A stretch of 64,000 bases of DNA, taken from assembly GCA_963718375.1 (NCBI GenBank), contig CAVQZD010000005.1:652841-716840 (forward strand), given 5' to 3'. Under the pieces are notes generated by a model. The model ran no database searches. It saw only the letters and a program-made list of their open reading frames with translations, and was not told the origin of the DNA. The position numbers and the translations under genes were made by a program. The DNA comes from an uncultured Actinomycetes bacterium (GTDB taxonomy: Bacteria; Actinomycetota; Thermoleophilia; RBG-16-64-13). How positions within the stretch are numbered: position 1 is the first letter of the stretch; every line of letters begins with the position of its first letter. Below, one piece after another: positions 28,247 to 37,892 of the stretch.

Positions 28247-28972
28247 CTAGCGTTCCTCGAGGTACTCTAGCGCCATGTGGCGAAGCAACACGGCGTTGTC
28301 GTTGCACCGGTCGGCGATGCGTTCCAGCCGGTCCAGTATGGACTTCAGCTGGGTGAAGGCCTTGTAGTCGATCTCCATATCGAACATGGTGCGATACATG
28401 GACGCATACAGGTCATCGGCCTGACTCTCGAGCTTGTCGACGCTGCCGGCCAGCTTGATGGCCCGCTGCAGGTCGACGCTCATGGCCACCACTGCATCCC
28501 GAAGTCTGCGAGTCGCTCTCACATCCGTCCTGGCCAACTCGACCAACTGCTTGTTCATCTCCAGCGGGAGCGTGAAGCTGTGTATGCAGATGCGATCCGC
28601 CGCGCCCGAGGCAAGGTTAGCGATGCTGTCCATCGACGCCACAAGGCGGGCTAGGTCGGCCCGGTGGATGGGGAAGACTCCCCCTTCGGTCATCTGGTCG
28701 AGCAGGGCCTCCTTCGCATCGTCGGCCTGACTCTCCAGGCGGTCCAGCTCTCCAGCGGCCTTCGCCAGTTCCGCATAGTCCTGGACGGCGAACTTCTCGA
28801 CCACGACCTGGAGCTTCTCGACCATGACGACGACCTGGTCCGCGAACTGGATCATCTGCTCGAGTATCTGCTCCTCGCGCTCGCGTCCCATGGCACCGAT
28901 CGCCCCCTCGAGCGCAGTGCCCTCTCCCCCGAGGAGCTGTCTCATCTTGCCCAGGAAACCTGAATCGGTCAT
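28247..28972 (-). CDS. DUF47 (PhoU-like, TIGR00153) protein, second copy
   Basis: Start trimmed to MTDSGFLGKMRQLL. Paralogous to 30002..30646. Confidence 0.7.
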   Translation of the reverse strand: MTDSGFLGKMRQLLGGEGTALEGAIGAMGREREEQILEQMIQFADQVVVMVEKLQVVVEKFAVQDYAELAKAAGELDRLESQADDAKEALLDQMTEGGVFPIHRADLARLVASMDSIANLASGAADRICIHSFTLPLEMNKQLVELARTDVRATRRLRDAVVAMSVDLQRAIKLAGSVDKLESQADDLYASMYRTMFDMEIDYKAFTQLKSILDRLERIADRCNDNAVLLRHMALEYLEER

Positions 28973-28982
28973 CGCGAAAGCC

Positions 28983-30005
28983 TCACATCCAGAGTCCGAG
29001 CAGATAGTAGATCGCCGCTGCGGCCGCGGCACAGAAAGGCAGGGTGACGACCCAGGCGAGCATGATAGCACGGAAGACTTTCCAGCTGACTGCGCCCAGT
29101 CTGCTGGCCAGACCGGTGCCCGTGACCGCCGAAGTGACCACGTGAGTGGTCGACACGGGAAAGCCAAGCTGGGATGCTATCGTGATTATCAACGCTCCGC
29201 CACATTCAGCCGAGAACCCGTTGATGGGATGAAGCTCGGTGATCCTCTCCCCCAAGGTGCGGATGAGTCGGAAGGAGAGAACGGACAGGTAGGTGCCCAC
29301 CGCCATAGCGGCCGCGCAGGACAGGATAACCCAGAGGGGAAAGCCATGTTGGTCCACATACTCGCTGACCCCCAGGCCCTGCTGCGCCGCCAAGAAGACC
29401 ACGATGATGCCCATCACCTTGGTCGCGTCATTGGAGCCGTGGCTGAACGAGACCCAGCTCGAAGACAGGATCTGCATGTGCTTGTAGAAACGATCGGCCT
29501 TAGCCATGTCCATCCTGCGTCTGGAGAAGGTGAGGCGACTGACCTGCATGAACATGTAGCCGGTCGCGATGCCGATGACGGGTGACACCAGCAGGAACAG
29601 GAATATCCACACGATCTTGTCCCAATTGATGCCCTCCGTCCCCAGGGCAGCCACGCCTGCACCGAGCAGACCGCCGATCAGGGCATGTGAAGAGCTCATA
29701 GGAAGGGCCCAGAGCCAGGTCAACACCTCCCACACGCAGGCCCCCAGCATGGCGGCGATCACCAGCTGGGCCGAGGCGTCCTCGGCGTCGATCACTCCGC
29801 CGATGGTCTTCGCCACGGCCACACCTACAACCAACGGGCCGAGAAAGTTGAAGAAGGCCGACAGAGCGATGGCTACTCGTGGCTTGAGCGCCTTGGTATA
29901 GATGACCGTGGAGACGGCATTGCAGCCGTCATGGAAACCGTTGAGCATATCGAAGATGAGCGCTACCGCCACTACCGCGATGAGAGCTCCGGTGTCTGCG
30001 CTCAT
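28983..30005 (-). CDS. inorganic phosphate transporter, PiT family
   Basis: PHO4 motifs GFHDGCNAVSTVI and repeated GSNDATK-like region, about 10 TM. Confidence 0.85.
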   Translation of the reverse strand: MSADTGALIAVVAVALIFDMLNGFHDGCNAVSTVIYTKALKPRVAIALSAFFNFLGPLVVGVAVAKTIGGVIDAEDASAQLVIAAMLGACVWEVLTWLWALPMSSSHALIGGLLGAGVAALGTEGINWDKIVWIFLFLLVSPVIGIATGYMFMQVSRLTFSRRRMDMAKADRFYKHMQILSSSWVSFSHGSNDATKVMGIIVVFLAAQQGLGVSEYVDQHGFPLWVILSCAAAMAVGTYLSVLSFRLIRTLGERITELHPINGFSAECGGALIITIASQLGFPVSTTHVVTSAVTGTGLASRLGAVSWKVFRAIMLAWVVTLPFCAAAAAAIYYLLGLWM

Positions 30006-30646
30006 CGAGCCTCTAGGTACTCCAGGGCCATGTGACGCAAGGTCTGAGCGTTCTCTCCGCAGCGATCGGCTACGTTCTCAAGGCGCTGGATGATGGCTTT
30101 GAGCTGGTGGAAGGTCTTGTAGTCTGTATCGAACTCGTACATGGCCTGATACAGTTCGGCGTATATGTCGTCCGCGCGGCTCTCGATCTTGTCCACCCGT
30201 CTGGCGGTCTCGATGGCCAATCTCAGGTCTGTTCCAATGGCGACCACCGCGTCCCTCAGCACCTGCGCTGCCTCCAGATCCAGTGTTGCCAGCTTGATCA
30301 AGAGCTCGTTGATGGGCCCGGGCAGAGTGAACTTCCGCATCGAGATACGGTCCACGGCCCCGACCGCCAGATTGGCGATGCTGTCCATAGACGCCACGAG
30401 GCGAGCCAGGTCGGCTCTACCGAGAGGAAAGCGCGACTCCACGGCCAACTGGTCGAGGATAGACTCTTTGAGATCGTCTGCCCGGCCTTCCAGTGAGTCC
30501 AGCTCCTGAGCTGCCGTCGCCAAGTCTTCGTAGTTGTCCGCGGCAAAACGCTCCACAGCGTCCTTCATCTTCTCGACGATGACAACCACCTGGCCGGTGA
30601 ACTCGGCCACGCGCTCTAGGATCTGACTCTGATCATCCTTCGCCAC
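30002..30646 (-). CDS. DUF47 (PhoU-like) protein paired with the PiT transporter
   Basis: TIGR00153-like helical bundle. ATGA overlap with the transporter. Confidence 0.75.
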   Translation of the reverse strand: MAKDDQSQILERVAEFTGQVVVIVEKMKDAVERFAADNYEDLATAAQELDSLEGRADDLKESILDQLAVESRFPLGRADLARLVASMDSIANLAVGAVDRISMRKFTLPGPINELLIKLATLDLEAAQVLRDAVVAIGTDLRLAIETARRVDKIESRADDIYAELYQAMYEFDTDYKTFHQLKAIIQRLENVADRCGENAQTLRHMALEYLEAR

Positions 30647-30729
30647 GTTCGCTCCTCGCGCCTCAAGGGTCCCGGAAGATGATAGCGCAAAGACAGCGCC
30701 GATAGGGTGCCGGTCCTAGGCGAAATGAA

Positions 30730-30776
30730 GGGCGGGGAGGGGCGCTGCGCTTGCCGCGCGCCGCCCCTCCCCGCCC
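30730..30776 (-). terminator. strong GC hairpin downstream of the lipoprotein gene
   Basis: GGGCGGGGAGGGGCG / CGCCCCTCCCCGCCC, a perfect 15-bp stem with a 17-nt loop. TTCATTTCG follows on the minus strand. Confidence 0.5.
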
Positions 30777-30814
30777 GGTACCGCTAGGCGGTGCTACCTA
30801 CCTTCGACAGCGGC

Positions 30815-31267
30815 CTATTCGGCAGCGGTCGTCGTGGCGGTAGTCTCCTCGCCGGTGCCCACGAGGGCGCGAAGTTCCTGCTCATAGGCCTGCAGAGCCT
30901 GGACAGGGCCAAGCACGGCAGCCATCTCGGCCAGACCGGCATCGTCGGGCAGCGCGTTGACGGCAGCCTCCACGTCATCCCAGACTTGCTGAGCCATCTC
31001 CGCGTCAGCGCCCTCGACATCCGCACATGCGTCGATAACAGCCTGCCAATGCGGCTCTACCTCGGCGATAGCCGCCTTCAGATCGGCGCCGGTGGCCTGA
31101 CCAGAGCTGAACGCAGCGGTCATCTGCGCGATGTCAGCCTCGACGACCGTGAGGGCGTCCCGCATGGTCTGCTTTGCTGCCTCATCATCGCCACCGCAGG
31201 CGACGGCGAACAGCGTCCCGATCGAGAAGATCACGACCAGGCCGATAACCAACAGTTTCCTTCTCAT
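30815..31267 (-). CDS. lipoprotein, hypothetical
   Basis: AGGAGGA RBS. Signal peptide with lipobox LFAVACGG. Ala/Asp-rich helical body. Confidence 0.6.
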   Translation of the reverse strand: MRRKLLVIGLVVIFSIGTLFAVACGGDDEAAKQTMRDALTVVEADIAQMTAAFSSGQATGADLKAAIAEVEPHWQAVIDACADVEGADAEMAQQVWDDVEAAVNALPDDAGLAEMAAVLGPVQALQAYEQELRALVGTGEETTATTTAAE

Positions 31268-31470
31268 TCTTCCTCCTTGTCCTCTGTACACAACCGGACC
31301 GTTGAACCCCATCCGTCCGAGCGTAGCGTAGCGCACTTGCACCCTACAGGGAAGAAAAACGGCCAGCATCGAACACCTACTGTTCGCATGGCGAGTGAAC
31401 GCTGCCTCCATCCATGCGGCGTGGGGCAAAAGGCGTCGGCCACACCTCGCGGGGAGACTTCCTGGGTCCC

Positions 31471-32337
31471 CTACGCTTCGGCGGCCTTCTGCGCTTCACG
31501 AAACGCCGCGATAAAGCGCATGGCGAAGTTGTCGCGCCCCAAGATCAAGTCGGCGGAAAGGACAGGGAGCCGCACCAAAGCCGCATCCACCGTGGGGCAG
31601 GTCAGACCTGCCTCGATGGCCAGGGCCAGATACGCCCCGTTCAGCACCGGACGGTTGGGCAGACCGTGCGAGATGTTGCTGCAGCCCTGGGTCTGGTTGA
31701 CGCCCAGCTCATCCCGCACGCGCCGGGTAGCCTCCAGCGACGCCAGTCCAGCCTTGACATTCGCCCCCAAAGACAGGGTCAGGCAGTCGATGATCACGTC
31801 CTCGCGCTGGATACCCAGCGCCTCGGCCCGCCCCACGATTTTGTGTGCGATGGCCACTCGCAGCTCCGCATCCGCGGGTATCCCTTTCTCGTCAAGGGTC
31901 AGGCCGATGACGGGAACATCTCTCTCTTTGACCAGAGACAGCACGACCTCCAGTGAGGCCTCCTCACCCGTGACCGAGTTCACGATCGGACGTCCTGGAC
32001 ACACCTCCAGGGCTGCTCTGAGCGCCTCGATGTTGCGACTGTCGATGCATAGCGGCACGTCCACTACCTCACACACGGCCTTGACAGCCTGGGGCAGCAT
32101 GGCCACCTCGTCTACCCCTGTGGCACCCACGTTGACGTCAAGGATGCCGGCGCCTGCCGCCACTTGCGCGATAGCTTCCTCGCGGACGACGCTCAGATCG
32201 CCGGCGCGCAGAGCCTCGGCCAGCCTCTTCTTGCCTGTCGGGTTGATGCGCTCGCCTATCAGCACCGTGGGACGGCCCCCACCGATGATGACTTCCTTCG
32301 TTGCGCTGGCTACCCGTGTCTCCCTTGGCGTCTCCAT
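31471..32337 (-). CDS. methyltetrahydrofolate:corrinoid methyltransferase (pterin-binding, MtrH/AcsE/MT-II family)
   Basis: DHPS-like pterin-binding barrel: RINPTG, ILDVNVG, CIDS motifs. Confidence 0.75.
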   Translation of the reverse strand: METPRETRVASATKEVIIGGGRPTVLIGERINPTGKKRLAEALRAGDLSVVREEAIAQVAAGAGILDVNVGATGVDEVAMLPQAVKAVCEVVDVPLCIDSRNIEALRAALEVCPGRPIVNSVTGEEASLEVVLSLVKERDVPVIGLTLDEKGIPADAELRVAIAHKIVGRAEALGIQREDVIIDCLTLSLGANVKAGLASLEATRRVRDELGVNQTQGCSNISHGLPNRPVLNGAYLALAIEAGLTCPTVDAALVRLPVLSADLILGRDNFAMRFIAAFREAQKAAEA

Positions 32338-32340
32338 TTA

Positions 32341-33135
32341 CTACTCCCCTTTCTGGTCGACCCTTCGATCGGCCTTCGCACCGAACAAGTGCGCCATCTC
32401 TATCGGCTCGCCTGGCGCCATCACCACTATCTCGCTGTCCCTCTCTCCCCTGAAGAGCTTCTCCAGCAGTTGCACAGAACCAGGCACGACGTCGTGGGCC
32501 AGGTCCAGACTTGCCGCCACGGATGTGCTCTCATGAGTACACCCCCCGACGTCGTATGCGCCGGTATCGATCAGGTTGACGCGCTCATAGCCCGCGAACA
32601 TGCTCTTGCGCAACCAAGCTGCTCGTTCTGCGCCGAAGCGCTCTTCCCAATCCTCGAAAGCCTCTTGCAGGGTGCTCTCGTGGACGAACCATCCGCGGGT
32701 CAGATAGTACCCACGAGGGTCGCGTACTATCTCTTCCCTCGCACACCCCCGGTTCAGAAGTAGCGAGATGCAGTCATCCACCCGGGGGAAGACGATGGCC
32801 AGATGCTTCGCCGAGAGTCCCTGCAGTGCGCCGCCGCAGAACCCAAGTGCTAGTACGATCTCCTTGACCGCGCCTACCTGCACCTGCTCGCGGCGCTCGC
32901 GCGCAGGCCCCCTACCGGGCTGGACCGAGGACACGCTCACTGGGATGCCGGTCTCAGCTGCCGCGTCCAATTCGGCTATCAGCCCCGCCAGCGCATCGCG
33001 CAACCGCTCCGGGCGATCATGAAGACCGCTCTCCACCCAGACCACCGGCGGCCGCTCCTGCGCAGGCAACACCTCCAGAGCCAGGCGCACCTCGTCCTCG
33101 AGCATCTCGCAGGCAAGGATCACGACGTCGGTCAT
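32341..33135 (-). CDS. DUF1638 domain protein (associated with corrinoid methyltransferase systems)
   Basis: DUF1638-like sequence. Gene context between the MT-II and the corrinoid protein. Confidence 0.55.
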   Translation of the reverse strand: MTDVVILACEMLEDEVRLALEVLPAQERPPVVWVESGLHDRPERLRDALAGLIAELDAAAETGIPVSVSSVQPGRGPARERREQVQVGAVKEIVLALGFCGGALQGLSAKHLAIVFPRVDDCISLLLNRGCAREEIVRDPRGYYLTRGWFVHESTLQEAFEDWEERFGAERAAWLRKSMFAGYERVNLIDTGAYDVGGCTHESTSVAASLDLAHDVVPGSVQLLEKLFRGERDSEIVVMAPGEPIEMAHLFGAKADRRVDQKGE

Positions 33136-33187
33136 CCCGCTCCTCCCGCTCGGACCTCGAGGCCCTGGAGTCGTGTGTCAATCGTGG

Positions 33188-33820
33188 TTACGCCGCCCCC
33201 ACTGTTTGCTTGGCGAAGGCAACGGCGTCCATGGCGTCCATGCCGAAGGCGTCGGCGGTAGTATAGGCGCGGACAGTGTCGTCCATCTGCCCTCCGCCGA
33301 TGATCACCTTGAGGCCCTCGCGCAGACCGGCCGCCTCCACCTGCTCGATGGTCGACTTCATGGAGTCGAAGGCCACCGATAGGAAGCCTGAGAGCGCCAG
33401 CACATCCGGCTTGTGCTCCTTCACGGCGTCAACGAACCGCTCCTCGGGCTGGTCTATCCCCAGATCGTGCACGGCGAAACCGTTGACCTCGAGCATGAAG
33501 CCCACGATGTCCTTGCCGATGTCGTGGATGTCGCCACGGACGGTCCCCAAGACGACTGTGCCCAACTTCTTGGCGTCCCCCGACCCGGCCACCAACCTCG
33601 GCTTGAGTATCTCCCCTATCTTGCGCAGCATCTCACCACTCATGATGAGTTCGGGCAGGAAGTAAGTGCCCTCCTGATACCGCGTGCCAACGACCTGCAT
33701 GGCCTCAGAGGAGAGATCCAGGATCTTGTAGGGGTCCTCGCCCTTGGCGAGCATCTCGTCCACTATCTTGAGGGCTTCGTCCTCCCTCATGTTGGCCATG
33801 GCTTCGACTAGTTCGTGCAT
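33188..33820 (-). CDS. cobalamin-binding corrinoid protein (B12-binding domain, MtbC/MtmC-like)
   Basis: DxHxxG motif GDIHDIGK, B12-binding helical cap plus Rossmann domain. Start at MHELVEAM with an AGGAG RBS. Confidence 0.8.
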   Translation of the reverse strand: MHELVEAMANMREDEALKIVDEMLAKGEDPYKILDLSSEAMQVVGTRYQEGTYFLPELIMSGEMLRKIGEILKPRLVAGSGDAKKLGTVVLGTVRGDIHDIGKDIVGFMLEVNGFAVHDLGIDQPEERFVDAVKEHKPDVLALSGFLSVAFDSMKSTIEQVEAAGLREGLKVIIGGGQMDDTVRAYTTADAFGMDAMDAVAFAKQTVGAA

Positions 33821-33845
33821 CACCGTCTCCTGTCCTATCTTGGTT

Positions 33846-35297
33846 CTACTGCCTGGCCACGTGCACTGACTCACAGTGCACGTCATGTGCGGCTTCCATC
33901 ACCGCTTCGGCCAAAGTCGGGTGAGCATGGATGGTGTCACCCAACTGACGTACGCTCAGCCCGTTCTGGAGCGCCACCGCCACCTCGTGGATGAGGTCGG
34001 TGACGTGGGGTCCCATCATACTGGCCCCCAACAACAGATCGGTCTCTTTGTCGGCCACGAGCTGGACGTAACCGATGCCTTCGCCGATGGCGAGCGCCTT
34101 GCCCAAGGCCGGGAATCGGTAGGTACCCGTCACCGTCTTGTGGCCTCGCGCGGCCGCTTGGGCCTCATTCAACCCCACGCTCGCCACCTCCGGATGGGAG
34201 TAGGTGCAGGCGGGCACGAACCGCAGATCACGGTCTCTCTGCGCACCAAGGGCGTTTTCTGCCGCCACCCAGGCCTCGTGAGACGCCACGTGAGCCAATA
34301 ACATGCCCCCGTCTACATCGCCGATCGCATAGACGCCGGGCGCACTAGTCTCCAGCCGCTCGCTCACCTTGATGAAGCCGCGTTCGTCCAGTGCCACACC
34401 GGCTTCTTCCAGACCGATCCCGCTGGTGTTGGGCCTACGGCCCACCGAAACAAGGAGTCTGTCGGCGGTCACTTCTGACCCGTCGGAGAGTCGAACACTG
34501 ACGTGGTCGACAGCGTACTCGGTGATCTCTTCCACCGTTGTATTCAGCAGTACCTGGATGCCGCGCTTGCGAAAGGCACCCTGGAACTGCTTGGCCAGGC
34601 GAGCGTCTTCGTACGGGAGCATCTGCGAAGCCATCTCTACCATGGTGATCCGGGAGCCAAGATCGGCGAACAACGAGGCGAACTCGCTGCCGATGACCCC
34701 CGCGCCCACGATCAAGAGCGACGCCGGCACGTCCCGCAACTCTAAAGCTGAAGTCGAGGTCAATATCGTCGGCTGGCTGAAGTCGAAGGACGGCAACTCA
34801 GCCGGCTCCGACCCGGTGGCGATGATCACCTTGTCGGCCTCCAAAACCACCGTCTCTTCGCCGGAGTCCACCGCCACCCGACGGCCGTCCTGCAGCTTGC
34901 CCGTACCACGTACGACCCTGACCCCGGCCTTCTTCAGCAGGACCTCGACACTGTCACGCACCTGCGAGACCACCCGTTCCTTGCGGGCCATCATGGCACC
35001 CAGGTCGGGCTCTGCCTCCCCGGTGACTACAAAGCCGAACTCCCCGCCCGCCCGCGCATGAGCCAGCGCCTCGGCGCTGGCCAGGAGGGCCTTAGTGGGG
35101 ATGCAGCCGCGATTGAGGCAAGTGCCGCCTATGAGGCCTTTCTCTACGAGGGTGACGGAGGCGCCGAGATGGGCCGCGCGCAGCGCGGCCACGTAGCCAC
35201 CCGGTCCACCGCCAAGCACCACCAGCCGTAAGGCCGCAGCGCCTGGAGCGCCCGCTCCGGCCCCACCGACGTCGCCCGCTGTAGATAGGCTGGCCAC
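33846..35297 (-). CDS. lpdA: dihydrolipoyl dehydrogenase
   Basis: GGGPGGYVAA FAD motif, redox disulfide GGTCLNRGCIPTK, C-terminal HAHPTLAE. Confidence 0.8.
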   Translation of the reverse strand: MASLSTAGDVGGAGAGAPGAAALRLVVLGGGPGGYVAALRAAHLGASVTLVEKGLIGGTCLNRGCIPTKALLASAEALAHARAGGEFGFVVTGEAEPDLGAMMARKERVVSQVRDSVEVLLKKAGVRVVRGTGKLQDGRRVAVDSGEETVVLEADKVIIATGSEPAELPSFDFSQPTILTSTSALELRDVPASLLIVGAGVIGSEFASLFADLGSRITMVEMASQMLPYEDARLAKQFQGAFRKRGIQVLLNTTVEEITEYAVDHVSVRLSDGSEVTADRLLVSVGRRPNTSGIGLEEAGVALDERGFIKVSERLETSAPGVYAIGDVDGGMLLAHVASHEAWVAAENALGAQRDRDLRFVPACTYSHPEVASVGLNEAQAAARGHKTVTGTYRFPALGKALAIGEGIGYVQLVADKETDLLLGASMMGPHVTDLIHEVAVALQNGLSVRQLGDTIHAHPTLAEAVMEAAHDVHCESVHVARQ

Positions 35298-35299
35298 GC

Positions 35300-36208
35300 C
35301 TACACCGCTCCCTGGTCCAAGCCGGCCATCTCCAGTATCTCAGGCACTATGTCCTCTTTGCCTATGGCCATGACGTGCACTCCGTCGGCCAACTGGTTGT
35401 CGCGGATGAAGCGGATGTGCCGCGCTGCGATCTCCATGCCTCTATGCATGGCATCCTCTTTGGGTACCGCCGCCATCTCCTCGATGAGGGCGTCAGGAAC
35501 GAGGATGCCCGGCACCGCACGGTTCATGTACTTGGCCATGCCCACGCCGGTGAGCACCACCAGGCCGGCCATGATCTTGGCGTTTGTCCCCGCCGTGATC
35601 TCGCGGGCCTTCTCCATGAAGCGACGGAAGTTGTCCATGTCGTAGACGGCCTGCGTTTGGAAGAAGTCAGCGCCGGCTTCGACCTTGCGGGCGAACTTGT
35701 AGAGTTGCGGCTCCAACGGGTCCGACTCAGGGGTGACCACGGCGCCCACGTAGAAGTCGGTCTTGCCGTCGAGCTCACTACCTTCCCAGTCCTTGCCCTC
35801 GTTCATCTTCTTGCAGCACTGGATCAGGTGGATGGAGTCAAAATCGAACACGCCCCTCGCCTGCTTGTGGTCGCCCACCACCGGATGGTCGCCGGTGAGA
35901 CACAGCACGTTGGTGATCCCAAGAAACGCCGCCGAGAGTAGGTCGGATTGCAGCCCCAACCGGTTGCGGTCACGGCAGGTAGTCTGAAAGATGGGGTCGC
36001 CACCCCGCCTCACTATCTCGCCCGAGACGACCAGAGAACCCATGCGCATCACTGCGCTCTGGTTGTCGGTGACGTTCAGGCCGTGGACCTTGTCCTTGAG
36101 CAGGTCGATGTGGTGGAGCATGGTGTGCACATTGGTGCCCTTGGGTGGACCGATCTCTCCCGAGACCACGAACTCGCCGCTGTTGGCTGCATCGCGATAG
36201 GCACCCAT
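35300..36208 (-). CDS. metF: methylenetetrahydrofolate reductase
   Basis: MTHFR TIM-barrel similarity. Start trimmed to MGAYRDAAN. 1-nt TGATG overlap with metV. Confidence 0.75.
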   Translation of the reverse strand: MGAYRDAANSGEFVVSGEIGPPKGTNVHTMLHHIDLLKDKVHGLNVTDNQSAVMRMGSLVVSGEIVRRGGDPIFQTTCRDRNRLGLQSDLLSAAFLGITNVLCLTGDHPVVGDHKQARGVFDFDSIHLIQCCKKMNEGKDWEGSELDGKTDFYVGAVVTPESDPLEPQLYKFARKVEAGADFFQTQAVYDMDNFRRFMEKAREITAGTNAKIMAGLVVLTGVGMAKYMNRAVPGILVPDALIEEMAAVPKEDAMHRGMEIAARHIRFIRDNQLADGVHVMAIGKEDIVPEILEMAGLDQGAV

Positions 36209-36900
36209 CACTTCTCGCTCCCCATCTTGAGCTTGTGGCCGTGTTCGTCTTTGAGATTGCGCTCGTTGAGCTCGGCCGGATGGCGGATGACGTTCCACTC
36301 CTTGGGCTCATGAGTCATGGTGCGCTTGTCTTCGCGGCCTTCCTTCTTGAGCTGCTCATGGATGAGCACCCAAGCGCAGTCCATCTCGGGGTCCACCTCG
36401 CACTTGCCATGGTTGGTACCACCGCAAGGCCCGTTGACCAGTCCCTTCGGGCAGCGGGTGATGGGGCAGATCGCACCGTAGTCGTCGATGACACAGGCTC
36501 CGCAGTGCGAGCACTTCTCCAGGAAATCCATGGAACGCTGGATGTTGCCCAAGAACAGCGGATCGCAGCCGGGGACGACGTGCTTGTCGGTCGCGGCGCG
36601 GCACGCTTGCGTGCCCGCGCCGCACGACAGAACCAAGTAGGCATCAGCGTCGGCCACCGCGTGGGCGTTGCTGCGCAAGATGCGCTTGACATCCAGCTCG
36701 TGACAACCGGTATGCACGATGTCTGTGAACACCACTTCTTTACCGGCGGCCTCGAGCTTCTCCTTCATCTCAGCGACCTCGGGCTCCCCCCCAGTGCGGG
36801 TGGCAGTGGCGCACTCGCCGCACCCCAGGATGACAATCTTCTTGTCATCCTCAAGGTCTTCGAGAATCTCTTCAAACGGTTTCTTCTGGGAGATGATCAT
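36208..36900 (-). CDS. methylene-THF reductase C-terminal-domain protein (MetV-like Cys-rich Zn/FeS subunit)
   Basis: Multiple CxxC clusters (GCGEC, SCGAG, CSHCGAC, CPKGLVNGPCGG) typical of the acetogen MetV partner of MetF. Confidence 0.65.
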   Translation of the reverse strand: MIISQKKPFEEILEDLEDDKKIVILGCGECATATRTGGEPEVAEMKEKLEAAGKEVVFTDIVHTGCHELDVKRILRSNAHAVADADAYLVLSCGAGTQACRAATDKHVVPGCDPLFLGNIQRSMDFLEKCSHCGACVIDDYGAICPITRCPKGLVNGPCGGTNHGKCEVDPEMDCAWVLIHEQLKKEGREDKRTMTHEPKEWNVIRHPAELNERNLKDEHGHKLKMGSEK

Positions 36901-37865
36901 GTCTTCTCCACTCTCAGTCGAGCCGCGCGCAGGGTATTGCGCGCCAGCATCATTTTCGTCACCGCCCCCACTCCCCCTGGCACGGGAGTGATGGCCGCCG
37001 CCTTCTCAGCGACCGCCTCGAAATCGACATCGCCGACGGTCTTGGCCTCGGCCTCAGCGAGCTCAGCGCCGCACACCTTGCAGGGCTGCTTCTTGCCCCG
37101 GTTCAAAGCCCCGCACGAGGGACAGACCACGACACGGTTGATGCCGACATCCAGGACTACGGCGCCCTCTTTCACCAGGTCCGCGCCGACCAAGAGCGGC
37201 ACGCCCGCCGCCACCACCAGATAGTCGGCCATCTTGGTGTGTCTGGCCAGGTTGCCTCGGTTCGAAGTGTACACATGGGTGACAGTGGTCGTGGCGTTGC
37301 GGTTCAGCAGCATCAGAGCCAACGGCTTGCCCACGGTGTTCGAATGACCGACCACGCAGACTTCTGCTCCTTCGAGCGCATCCGTTACCTCACGCCCCTC
37401 CGCCCGCAGGTGTCGCTCGAGCAGCTCCATGCAGGCGGCGGGAGTGGCAGGCGGAAAGGTGGGCTCGCCCAGTGCCAGGCTGCCCATGTTCGACGGGTGG
37501 AAGCAGTCCACGTCTTTGCCAGGGTCGATGGAGCCTATCACCACGGAGTCGGCCACCCGTTCAGGGAAGGGGCGCAAAGGCAGGATGCCCGATACCGCGG
37601 GGTCGGCGTTCAGACTCTCGACGGCTCCGATCACGTCGACCTCGCTCGCGTCCGCGGGTAGGGTCTCGTTGCGGTAGCCCAGACCCATCTCCCCACAGAA
37701 CTTCTCCACGGCGCCCCGGTACATGCCGGCTCCGAAGTCCCCACCCACCATCAAGGTGGCTATGCCTGGGTGCGCCCCCATGGCCTTCAGCTCATCCAAC
37801 TCCCGGGCGAGTTCGGTCCGCAACTCCTCAGCTATCGCCCTGCCGTCTATGATCTTCGCTGCCAC
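36897..37865 (-). CDS. folD: bifunctional methylene-THF dehydrogenase / methenyl-THF cyclohydrolase, with a ~20-aa Cys4 insertion
   Basis: IIDGRAIAEE N-terminus, GHSNTVGKP and PVPGGVGAVT motifs. CPSCG...CKVCG is inserted between DVGINRV and GDVDF. Confidence 0.8.
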   Translation of the reverse strand: MAAKIIDGRAIAEELRTELARELDELKAMGAHPGIATLMVGGDFGAGMYRGAVEKFCGEMGLGYRNETLPADASEVDVIGAVESLNADPAVSGILPLRPFPERVADSVVIGSIDPGKDVDCFHPSNMGSLALGEPTFPPATPAACMELLERHLRAEGREVTDALEGAEVCVVGHSNTVGKPLALMLLNRNATTTVTHVYTSNRGNLARHTKMADYLVVAAGVPLLVGADLVKEGAVVLDVGINRVVVCPSCGALNRGKKQPCKVCGAELAEAEAKTVGDVDFEAVAEKAAAITPVPGGVGAVTKMMLARNTLRAARLRVEKT

Positions 37866-37892
37866 GCCGGCCTCCCGGTCTCGATCGCTTCT

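Noticed and set aside
30791-32536. 581-aa plus-strand ORF
   Set aside because: Antisense to the lipoprotein, MT-II and DUF1638 genes. Ser/Thr/Arg-rich low-complexity translation.
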